64,000 nt of DNA, taken from positions 186,001 through 250,000 of the forward strand of contig QPGO01000003.1 in the NCBI GenBank assembly GCA_008632985.1. Reading direction: 5' to 3'. The notes below the pieces were generated by a model. The model made no database searches. It was not told the DNA's origin and saw only the letters and a program-made list of their open reading frames with translations. Origin of the DNA: Psammoneis japonica (Eukaryota). This document shows positions 35,429 to 46,537 of the stretch, one piece after another (the stretch's first letter is position 1; the number at the start of each line of letters is the position of its first letter). The position numbers and the translations under genes are program-made.

Positions 35429-38400
35429 ATGATGCTATCAACTTGGTGGCGTGGTGGGTTCATCCTACTGCGCTGCATAGTCGTGTCTATTTTGCTCGGC
35501 GTCGCATCTGGAGAATACGACGAGGGAATAGCTATTTGGGAAACGCGAGGTTCAGCACCCCCGGGTTACGCCGTTTGGAATGGTACTGAGTTCTCCACAA
35601 TTGACAATATGAAAGGGACGGGGGGAGTTGAATGGCGAGTGACTCGCGGCGCTTACGCGCCCACACGTGATGAAGCCATCGTTGTTGGTCTTACTTCACA
35701 AAGAGTAGTCACAGCCCAAATGTACTCTGGAGGAATTTGGAATGATCTCCCCTTCTCACCTCTGGATGACAACGCACACAACTCCTATAGGCATCATTTG
35801 ATGTTGCGTACGAATCTCAAAGCGGAAACGCCATTCTGGTTTACAGTAAAGGTGTCGAAGACGCTATATATTTTCGAACCTATGATGGTGCGACTTGGAG
35901 CTTGGAATCTCGAATGGATTCTCCAGTCACTAGTGACTCTAGCAATCGACTGAATTTGGTTGCAAATCCAAAGTCAAATGAAATGGTTCTAGTTGGCGGC
36001 GTAAAACAAGGCTCTGACTTTTGCATGGTGTGGAATGGGAAACGATGGGACAATGTGTTAGTTTTAGAAAACGACAGCAGGGCTGCGAAAACACTTCTGT
36101 TGCTTATGAACAACAGAGTGGCAGAGCACTAGCTGTTTTCGCCAAGGAATTATCTATGAACCTAGGATATCGAATATGGACTGGTTTCAGTTGGAGTAAC
36201 GAATATTCGCTTGCCCCACCAAGTGAAATCTCGGGTTATCGCGTTTTGCACGTGATCTTGCGTTCGGACGCTTCATCTGATCGAATTGCGATGGGGGTAA
36301 CAACTTATGCTGACAACGCCTTCTGGGTGCCGTCTGGGACGGAAACCTTAGTTGGGGATCGACTAAAGTAACCGCTTCTGGCTTGGATAGTAAGCCTCAA
36401 CAAGCCATTGACGTCGCCTTTGAATCCGCATCTGGCATGGCTCTTGCGACGTACAAAAAGACTTCGTCGAACTACGTATATTACAGATTTTGGAGGAGCA
36501 GTTGGTCAGATGAGTATGTTGGACCTAATATTGGAGACGAACCAAGTACGATACTGTTATCGTCTTCGCCGAACGGACATGACATCATGCTTTCCGTCCA
36601 AAACAATAACGAAGAGACCAGCTTTTGCAGGTGGAACGAGAATGGCTGGGGCAAGGCTTACAAAATGACCAGTGACACAGATGTGAGTGTCCCTCGTTTT
36701 AGCTTCAGTCAGTTATTCTTGTGGAAGCGAACATTGGTTACAAGTAGTCCTACTACTACACCGTCGGCGTCGCTGACAGTGCAACCTTCAAAATCTCCAA
36801 CAATACGGCCAACCGAAAAATCAACGGTTGTGTCGACGTTCCACAAGGTTGGCATGACCCTGATGGCGAGATATACAATTGTGCTTGGTATAGTTTGGAT
36901 GACAACTGCAAAGAATACGGAGATTTCTTTGAAAATTTTGGAGCCACGGCGAATAGAGCCTGCTGTGGATGCGGTGGAGGGAACCTTCTGCCAGTCGATC
37001 AGACTACACGAAGATTACAGTCCAAACCCCCATCCTGCCGACTCCACGGCCTTCGCCACTACCGACAAGTGGCCCTCCCTCCTCCCACTACAGCTACACC
37101 AACAGCCAAGCCGACCGACCGCCCTACCATGGAACCAACAGCCAAACCGACGAAAGGACCAACACGGTTTCCAACGAAGGCGCCCGTCATCCAATCCGAC
37201 TGAATTCCCAACCCTGGAGCCATCAGCCAAGCCGACGCGAGGTCCAACACGAGTTCCGACACTGCCTCCCACGAGAAGTGCAACTGTTTCACCGACATCA
37301 GCTCCAACGCTTCCTTTGACAATGCGTCCAACCATGACCCCTACGAAGAAGCCGACTTCGACACCTTCAAATCCTTCTTCTGCTCCTACGGCTCAAACAC
37401 ATGATCCGACGGTGCGACCAACGTTAGCCCCAACTATTTTGCCGACCGCCCCGGCGGCAACGAATCCTACAGTGTATCCCACACAGTCCCCTTTAGCATC
37501 AGCGACACCATCTCAGACTCAGAGACTGACGCCAGTTCCGAGTCAGGGGCCAACACCCTTCTCATCAAACAATGAAACACCTTATCCAGTGCATCCCACT
37601 CTTACGCCAGCCAATATATCCAAGTTCACTCTGCCGCCTGACGCTGGCGACTCCGACAATAAAGTGCGAGTAGACGTAGAGCCGGATCCTTGGGTGCTGG
37701 TAAGCCGTGCTCAGACAATAGGCAGTGCAAGTCCTCTACTTGTCGGAGTGGCGTTTGTATGGCATCGCCGGATTGCTATCCGATCAAACACACGTTTGGG
37801 ACTCCATTTTACAAACACAAAATTAACATCGTGTTTGTTCCATCCGCATTCGCTTCATTTGGTCATGATGCTTGGCATGATCACGTCAATAAGGCATATG
37901 GATTCATGCAAAACTACAACATGTTTGCAGAAGATATCGACGTGCTCAACGTTTTTAGGGTGGATCCTTTGAATCTCGATGAGTCATTTTGTGCATTGGG
38001 ATGTCAGGGATTCGACCGACTCTTGTGCTGCGACGTAAAACGTACCCATGCGTTGGCCAGCAAGTGCTTCCCTGTCGGACCTAATCTTCAAACTGTTGTC
38101 ATTCATAGCTCAAGGCAATATGGTGGTGCAGGATACACTAACGCAAACATTGCTACGGCTACAATGCATCCTGCCGCCCCTCTCGTATTAGTACATGAGC
38201 TTGGTCACTCGCTCTTTGAGCTGACCGATGAGTACTCGTACGGAGAAGGAAGTGCCTTTGAGGCAAATTGTGACTCAAGCTTATCATGTAAGAAATGGTC
38301 CGATCTGATGAAGAAAAAGAACAGACCGCAAGGTTACGAGAGAGTGCAATGTATTCCTGGATGTGAGGACAACAACTACTTTGTAGCAGGCAAGACATTC

Positions 38401-39027
38401 ATGGCCGACTTGAGCGCTCCCGTTGGAGCGGCAAATGAAAGGTTTAGTTGCTGTACGTATTTGGCTTTGACGAAGCAGTTCCCAAAATACTGCGAGGTTT
38501 TTGATCTATCTCCTAATTATCTCCGTGACTACTGCAAAACCAACGATTACCAAAACTATGGCAGCTCAAGCTATGAAAGCGACGAGGTTCTTGCCATACC
38601 GGGTTATGTGAATAACGACAAGGTAAACGCGAAATATGTGCAGGTCTCAGATCCAGTGTTGGTGACCATTGAATCCAAGATGAAACGTTCGGGCACTGTG
38701 AGATTCAGAACCAAGGTCTCGACATTAGAGTCGAGGATGTTTCGAAAGTCTCAGGTCAATGGCGATTACCCCAGCCCGAAAGCTGCTGCAAATGACGGGG
38801 TCCAATCCTTGTTGAAAGTGATTATCGTATACCGAACTGGAAAAGAAACGCTGTTCTTCTCAAGGGATCAAAGAATTGAAATTCCATTGCCAGATCCGAA
38901 TCATGCCGGTTCAGTCACACAAGATGCACCTCTGAGCGTGACAAGACAATCGAACGTCTTTGAATTGGTCATTGACAGAAAGGGTCGAGACGTAAAAAAG
39001 ATTCGGGTGCTGTCAATGGAACTGTAA
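35429..39027 (+). CDS. M64 metallopeptidase copy B: signal peptide, (D)VAYEqqSG-repeat domain, CxDxPxGWHD module, PT linker, M64; several 1-nt frameshifts (probably assembly errors)
   Basis: MMLSTWW...LLGVASG; FDVAYESQSG / SVAYEQQSG / DVAFESASG repeats; HELGHSLFELTDEY; frameshifts near 35795, 36080, 36327, 36827, 37185 and 37685. Confidence 0.85.
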
Positions 39028-39837
39028 TATATCTCACAGACCATTTGCGTCAACGAAAGAATGGCGCGAGTCGACTTTAATTCTGACAAAGAGCAGGAGC
39101 CTGCCATCTCCCTCTCAGAGCTTCAGAGCTGCTATTGCAGATCAACTCTACAGTAAAAACCGAAATATTTGGAATATTGAGAAAAGCCAGTTGATAACTG
39201 AAGATTCTTTTGAACACAAAGTTTCTTCAAGGAGACTTGTCACTGTTTCGTTCAACGCATTAGCTTTTCTCCCAAGAAACTTTTTTTTCAATCGAACGAG
39301 AGAAATCATAATTGACGGAAAAGAGCAGTTCTGCAACAGGCGCACGTGCAAGCCTTCGTCGTTGACTACTGGGTTGGACAGAATGCAATGCAGCCAAGAG
39401 AAATGTTCGGCTCCAACAGTGATAGAGTTGCTATTTAGGCGAACGGTTGGGTGGTTGAGAATGGACGCTTTCCTTCGGACAGGCTAACGCAGCCGCGACG
39501 ATGCGGATAATAGTTCAATACGAATCGTCCTTCAAAGACCACGAGTTATTGACGAAGTGTTAAAATCATCAATATGCCCTTACTATTTTGGTGTGAACAC
39601 ATAACTGACTGTAGCCACTGGAGTAGTGTATGTCAATTCGTTCCTCCAAATCTGCATGGCTAGAGCTAGAGGCATTCATGTCGAAGCAGAAGCGCACCCC
39701 AAAAGAAAAGCTAATTCATAGTACCAGGGATAGAGAAAACAAGATAATTCGTTTTAGCTTAAAGAATAGCTTTTGAGTTTGAAGAGTAGCTCAGGGGGCG
39801 CAAAAAAGAAGAGCCCATCATGGTTGACATGTGCAGT

Positions 39838-40707
39838 CTACAGCTCATGATCTTCCACTTCCTCACCCCAACCTCCAAGGCCAAGTTTCACCCATCCCTC
39901 ATCATCATCAAAACTCATGTAATCCACAAGAATTTCATCGCCCACCAAAATGTTTCGAGTGGCGCTCCCCATGTGCATGTTGGGTCGATCGTTCTGAGAT
40001 TCCCAATAGTAGCGTTTTTCGGTTGCACTCGCGTGGTTCACCAAGGAACCCTCGTCCAAATCGACGCAAGCTCCGTAACTTGGACCGGCATATGCCCAAC
40101 TCAACACGTCACAAGCTATGGAGGGAGGAATGGACGCTAAGAAGTGTCTAAAATGACGACCCTCCATAAAACAGGCTTCATATTCTTGATCGTAAATCAA
40201 ATCTCCCTCTTGAAAGGCTCGATTGGCGTACACCGCCCGTCCTTTTGTAGGATGGTACTTTACAGTAACTGCGTCGCTTTCCATAAATCCACTGCAATAA
40301 TCTTCTTCACAATATGGAATGCTAGAATTGGAATACCCGACTGTAGCAATATAAGCTCCTCGTAAGAAGGCCCATGTTGAAAGAGTCGGAATGGGCATTT
40401 GCTTCTCGTGCGTTTGTTCGCATTCGTAAAGTCCCCAAATGTCAAGAAGGTCCGTAGTTTCATCCATGATCTCGTCATACAACTCTTGCAGATCTTCATA
40501 ATCGTTGTTATCAAGATTTATGGACAGCGACATTGTGCTACATAGCACTGCCAATGCTGCTGTGATGTAGCAGGTTCTGGTAAGGAAGCGGAGCGCATCA
40601 TATTGCGTGTTCTTTTTCGCATACGCGGCTGAAAGTGAACTGTTTTCTTCTTGCACGCTTTTCTTCTCATGTGAATGTTCTAGTAGAGTACTCCTATCTA
40701 GTAGCAC
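39838..40707 (-). CDS. SET-domain protein with an N-terminal hydrophobic/TM segment (5' end uncertain)
   Basis: KGRAVYANRAFQEGDLI, GSLVNHA and ATRNILVGDEILVDY match SET motifs; TM-like YITAALAVLCSTMSL. Confidence 0.8.
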   Translation of the reverse strand: MLLDRSTLLEHSHEKKSVQEENSSLSAAYAKKNTQYDALRFLTRTCYITAALAVLCSTMSLSINLDNNDYEDLQELYDEIMDETTDLLDIWGLYECEQTHEKQMPIPTLSTWAFLRGAYIATVGYSNSSIPYCEEDYCSGFMESDAVTVKYHPTKGRAVYANRAFQEGDLIYDQEYEACFMEGRHFRHFLASIPPSIACDVLSWAYAGPSYGACVDLDEGSLVNHASATEKRYYWESQNDRPNMHMGSATRNILVGDEILVDYMSFDDDEGWVKLGLGGWGEEVEDHEL

Positions 40708-41149
40708 TGTTTACCTGTTTGCTTGTTGAGACTTGTCCTTTTGTCTCTTGTGTTCATTACCGTTTTTCATGGCGAGCATGGGAGCAGCAGGGGGACACGA
40801 TTTCAAACGCCGAGGCGGCGCGGCGCGACCGTTAATGGGCTTGCGGGGTAAAAACAAAAGTTGACCCCACTGAAGGATCCGGAGCAAGTGAATCAGTACC
40901 GGTACTGTGACACGTGTCCCGGAGCAATGCGGGGCTTCCCGATCAATCTACCGGACCCCCCCCCCGCAAAGGTCCAATGTGCCCACTGTGCGTCATGCGT
41001 CTATTTTCGCTTTCATTTCGCGCGTTTCCCGCGCGGTCGTGCGCTGAAGTTGAACTCGCTTGTTTATCATCCAAGCAACAGGCTGCGAGGTATGAGACGA
41101 CAACCACCATACACAAGATTAGTGAATTACTGTGCATTTTCTGCATTTC

Positions 41150-43538
41150 CTATTTTTGCTGTAATGCCGCAAGATCTCCTTCAGTCAAATCTGGAATGTC
41201 CATGTACTCGTCCAGATTCAGGGAACTCCTAAAGATCCTGCTGTTGCTTGCTGGTATACTACGAAAGAGAGTAGATTCGCGAACACGCCGATTGAAACCC
41301 TTGTTGCAACGCATAGCAGCAACAAACCCAATACACCCGCCCAACAAGGAAGCCGCAACAACGGTCACAACAATCCACCACACTTTGGGTTGGACATATA
41401 CAATGTAAGAATCGTCGTCAAACTCTGGCCAGTCCTCTTGTTCATCCGAAACAGTTCGGTTGAGTTCCACAAGGGTTGCGACTCCACCAAAGTCACACGT
41501 GACACCCTTCATGTGGTTCACCGTCCAAAACTCTTGAAAGACCTCGTTGCACTTGTCCACTAGATCCTTTCCTTTTAACTGAAACACCCATGTCACATTG
41601 TTGCGGTCGTCTTCGTCATCCTTATTTTCTTGTTGTAAACAATAAGCTAGTGCATTTTGTAAATTTTCATCCGGCGATCCGGGTAGGACGACACACTTGT
41701 ATTCGCCAGTGTCTTCTTTGTGGCATGCATTGGTAATTCGTGCGTCATTCAAATCACCCGAGGGAATCCATCCTCGTTCAAATGCCGCCATGTACGACCA
41801 ATGGGGATCATACAGGTCGGTCCTAAAGTTCCAAAAGTAAAAGCCGTGTCCAATGTTGGAAAAGGCATTGATCTTTTTGTAAGCCAATCGTACCATGACA
41901 TTGTCAGAATCATCCCGACGAGGCGGAGCGTGCGGTGGTGCACGGATCCAATCTTGACCCGTTGTGGGATTCCCCGACGATTCCTTGATCCAATCGCGAT
42001 TGACGGGACACTGTCCATAAATGGGTCCCGACAATCCCGTCCCATACGGGCCCTGCAGAGCCTTGCCCGGATCGGGTGGAGCACCGGGCTGTTCTTCACC
42101 CATGTACGGATCCGAGCAAGGAATGTACTTGCAAGGCAAACGGGAAAACCGGGTAAGTTGTCATTGAACCCATTGAGCCACATGGCGCAATTGTCGGTCG
42201 CCAAACTCCATTCTCCGACAATGACAGGTCCAAAGGCTTGTTCCATGGCGAGAATGGCACTCTTTTGTGAACAGGCATTGGTGTAAAAGGAAATACGAGA
42301 GGCTGGTTCTCGCCACGCTTGGTAAATGTGTGTATCCAAGCCCGATCGGGCAGCTGCAGAAAAGAGTTAAACAGGAATATGAGCGACAATGAAACACGTA
42401 ACAAACAAACAGTAGAACGTGCACTGTACGGTAGTTGATACTCACCCGTGCATAAATCCACCCCATAGAGTCGTATCAAACCGAAACGAATCATGAATGA
42501 CATACTTCCAATAGGGAGCCTTTGACTTCATAATCATGTATCCTTCCCAATAGAAGCGTTTGAGCTCGTGGATAGGAGTGTACTGCCACGGCTCATTGAC
42601 AGGTTCCAACCCTAGCACTGCCGGATGTCCCGAGAACCTGTCGACAACAGCTTCAATCACCTCTAGAGCGTGTTGAATGTTATCGTAATTGATCTTGGGA
42701 TAGGTCAATTGTTCAAAGTCAAATTTACCCATCCATTCGGCCGTACGAATCGGCCAATGTTCAAAGGTATCGAGTCCACCAAATTCGGACGTTAAACTCG
42801 ACGTCCAACGGAATCCCATGGATTGTCCCGAATTGTCAAAGCCATTTTGGGAATCCCTTAGCGTATGAATGTCCAGCAAAACAGACAAACCAAACTCGTG
42901 CGCCCAATCCAAAAGCGTTTCGACATAGTCGAGCGATCCATCAAAGCAGCCGTCGACTAGTAAAGAAAAATAATTTGAGCATAGTGATGTGTTTGGTAAA
43001 CGTTATGTTGGTAACAAGCACCATAACAATCAACAACAACATTTTCAAGAAATACATTACACATACCATATGGACCATACGGCTTGAACTGATAATCCCC
43101 CACAGGCAAACGCAAACTATTCACAGCACCACTTTCCGCCAATTGCTTGATGATATCTTCCGTCACCCACGTGTCCCAGTGACGTTTGAGCTGCTTGTTT
43201 GCTTCGGTGGCACCCAGCACTCGACAAAACCCGTACGTATCGGTCGCTGTGTCGTTTTCGTTGCTGCCCAAAAATTGATAAAACATGCTGGGCGTAATCC
43301 ACGGCTCGAGCACCATCCACCCACCCAGATTGACACCGCGCACCTGATTGTTGAAGGGCGTCGAATGCTCGTCGCCCGTGCAAGTCATGTTGTCGAGATG
43401 AGCCAGAAAGTGACGAAATTGCTTGGTTCCTTTGGAATTTTCATCATCCTTGTTGGTGGTGGCATGCACCGACCAAACGAGACTACTCAACAACAACAGC
43501 GCAGTCGTTCTCAGCAACACGCACTGAGATAACCTCAT
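41150..43538 (-). CDS. Glycoside hydrolase family 5 exo-1,3-beta-glucanase with signal peptide and C-terminal TM anchor; 2 introns
   Basis: VRGVNLGGWMVLEPWITPS, LRLPVG, LLDIH..SQNGFDNSG, LEPVNEP (acid/base), DTHIYQAW, IVGEWS (nucleophile); GT-AG introns 42957-43066 and about 42354-42445; homopolymer frameshifts at about 42340 and 42142. Confidence 0.93.
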
Positions 43539-44000
43539 GGCTATAATAAAGCTCTCACGTACAGGCTTTCCAAGACGTCAAAACCTGCGAATTGACACGA
43601 GGTTACTCTATGTTATTAACGACACTCTTTAGGTTCGTTGAACGGCTCAAGGTGCTGTAATCTAACCAACAAACATCAGACTCTGATGTTTATTAGATTT
43701 GTTGTCACGGAGGGATCAACGATCAAACGAAATATTTTGGATAGATTCTGTCCAAAGAATCTTTTGTAGAATTTGTATTGACCAAGTCTGTCACTCATTG
43801 CGTTTAGGTTTTCTGTGAACGCAGAACAGACTCCTTGTATATGTTTGACGTAGAAGTTGTACAACAAAAGAAGATATCGCACTGGAGAACAGAATTTCTT
43901 CAGACATGTTATGCTCAGAGTCTTATGTTGGACTGACCTCATTCATCTTTTTGCGCGTGCGTGTTCACGTCGCCGCGCAAAAGGGTGTTGGCCCAATGTT

Positions 44001-44135
44001 TCTCTCTACTCTACCTACTAGCTACTCTCTAGAGTAGAGAGAGAAGTAGTAGCAGCTAGTAGTAGCTCTAGCTAGAGCTCTACAGTACATTTTGCTCTAG
44101 AGTAGAGGCAAGCTACTTCTACCTAGAGCATGTAG
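44001..44135. repeat. CTAG/TAG-rich low-complexity tract
   Basis: tctctctactctacctactagctactctctagagtagagagagaagtagtagcagctagtagtagctctagctagagctctac. Confidence 0.8.
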
Positions 44136-44285
44136 TTGGTGACCTCAAAGCCAAAAGCCACGCGGTGTAGTGAATGGTGCGTCAAGACGACCACAACCAC
44201 GATGGTGAAAGAGGTTGTAGAGGAAAAATTGGTCGAGGCGGACAATGCTTCCGATCCTGGACCGCCAAGCTGCCGGATTCTTCCG

Positions 44286-44532
44286 GGAGGAGTAGCAGTC
44301 TGAGGTTGGTGGCATTTATGCTCCCTTTAGTTTTTCCTGCTTCCTTGTTTCTGGCTTTTTCTGTCTCCAGTCGTCAGCACTGCCCGAAAATAGAAGCTGC
44401 CAGAATCATCTTCTTGGAGGAGCAGCAGTCTTAGGTTGGTAGCATTTATACTCCTTTTCCCTTTTGGTTTTCCTGATACCTAGTTTCCGGCTTTTTTCCA
44501 TCTCCAGTCGTTAGCACTGCACCAAATAGAAC
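44286..44532 (+). repeat. Imperfect tandem duplication (about 110-130 bp x2)
   Basis: ggaggag.agcagtct.aggttggt.gcatttat.ctcc...tctccagtcgt.agcactgc...aaatagaa at 44287 and 44416. Confidence 0.85.
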
Positions 44533-44566
44533 TTTGTGCTGGATCGTTCCACCGCTGTTGATGTTT

Positions 44567-46138
44567 TCACTTTTCATTTCGCGGTGCAGTAATGTCAACC
44601 GTCTGCCCACGAACTCTCCTTAGCTTTCTACCATTTGTGGCCACAATTACCTCGATAACTTTTGACTGTCCAAAAATGCGGCGGGGCTCATCATTTCGAG
44701 TGGTGTTGCCGTCACTGGGTTGCATTGGGATTTCGATTCGGGTCTTCTGGGAGAAGAGCAATGTCTCCTTTCCGGAGCTGTAGAAGATCTTCACTTTTAC
44801 CACGGAATCCAAACCGTCTTTTGCGGCATCCTTAAGCCGAAAATAATCCCCTTTTACTTGATTCTTACGATACAGTCCTGTTGGCAAAGGTACAGGGTCA
44901 TCCCTGACAACTGCCTTGCCATTTCTCCGCAATTTCACTTTTACAAGCATTGGATCTCTCACGAAAATGAATTTGGAGAGATCAACACGACCTTCGTCAA
45001 CGGGCATTGAATTTCCACCAAGACGGGCCGTAGCGTCATCATTGTAGCTCGCTCCGCCATAGTTCTGATAGTCGTTCGTTTGGCAGTAGTTCAACAGATA
45101 TCCTGGCGCAAAATCAAACGCCTGGCAGTACGGCGGCATTGTCTTTGTTATGACAAGATATGTGCAGCAAGTGAAACGAAGGTTCACCGCCCCCACACCT
45201 TGGCTTAAATCGCGCATGTTAGAGTTGGACCCAACGTAATATTTACCGTCTTTGCAACCAGGGACACACCTCACAGCAGGGTACCCGGGAAAAGTATTCC
45301 TTCTTCCAATAAGATCCGCCCACTTTTCACATGTTTCGCTAGCGTCACAGTTCGGGTCCTTGTCTGTTCCGTCACCGTACACGTATTCATCACCAAATTC
45401 AAAGAGCGAATGCCCGAGCTCATGTATTGCTGCCAATGGAGCTTGTGGATGCATGGAAACAGTTGCAACATTTTGATCGACGTAGCCTGCGCCACCGTAC
45501 CTCAATGAATTATGGATGAGAATAGTTTGTAGATTAGACCCAACAGGAAAGCATCTGCTGGCCAAGTCGTGCGCTCGGTTGACGTCACAGCACATCAACC
45601 GATCAATCTCGTAGCATCCAAAATGGCAAAAGCTCGAATCCAACTTGTCTGGATTCACGATGAAGGCGTTGAGCGTTTCGATTTCCTTGTCAAACATTTT
45701 GAAATTTTCAAAGTAGTCAAACGTCCGGTCGACCTGAGCACGCCACACTTCATGATCGTCGGTATTAAAACCGGAGCCAACGAACACAATATTTATCCTG
45801 TGCTTGTCAAAGGGAGACCCATATTTGTGCCTTATCGGATAGCATTCCGGCGTCGCCATGCAGACACCGCTCCGGCATGTTTTCGACTTGCAATCCGAAT
45901 TGCTATAACAAAACTTTCCAGTGCCGCGTGTTCCTTGTCTTGAATCAGGTGCCGTGGAGTTTGATGGCACAGGGTCAGGTCGTGGGGATGATGTTGAATC
46001 CGGCAGAGGGGAAGGAGGATTACCCGGCGTAGTCGTAGGCTATTGAGATGGATCTCTTGTAGGTGATGGAGTTGGTGCAGCGAGAACGAGGATCAATCCA
46101 AGAATCAAATGCAAACTGCACATAAAATGCCAGAGCAT
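44567..46138 (-). pseudogene. M64 metallopeptidase copy C: signal peptide, short PT linker and M64; single in-frame TAG at codon 33
   Basis: MLWHFMCSLHLILGLILVLAAPTPSPTRDPSQ*PTTTPG...; TAG at 46042-46040; the same frame continues through YGGAGY and HELGHSLFEFGDEY to 44567. Confidence 0.8.
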
Positions 46139-46537
46139 CACTTCTTTGCATTTGAAGGTAAATTCTTGTCGATGGGCAGCCAAATGATCGTTAAGTGCCA
46201 AGCAGGATAACAGTCTCTAGCCTGGGACGATATTGCATCAATGACAGTTGAAAGTTGCAACAGAGTGACGATGTGTGATACATACGGTAATTTGCTCGAC
46301 TTGATTGCTTACTCACACAAATTGTTTCTCTGCTCGAGACCTTGTGACTGGAAATGAGACATTCCGAACGGGCTTAATTCTAAATAATGTCTCGAGGTTG
46401 CAAAGTGTCTAATTAATTTACGACCACGACTGAAAGCCCTGTATTACCAAACCACCATAACCCATAACACGTCTCGCATCACCGCGCAGTGCGGCACTCA
46501 TCCGCCTTGTCAGGCCTCCACATCAAATCGACATTAA

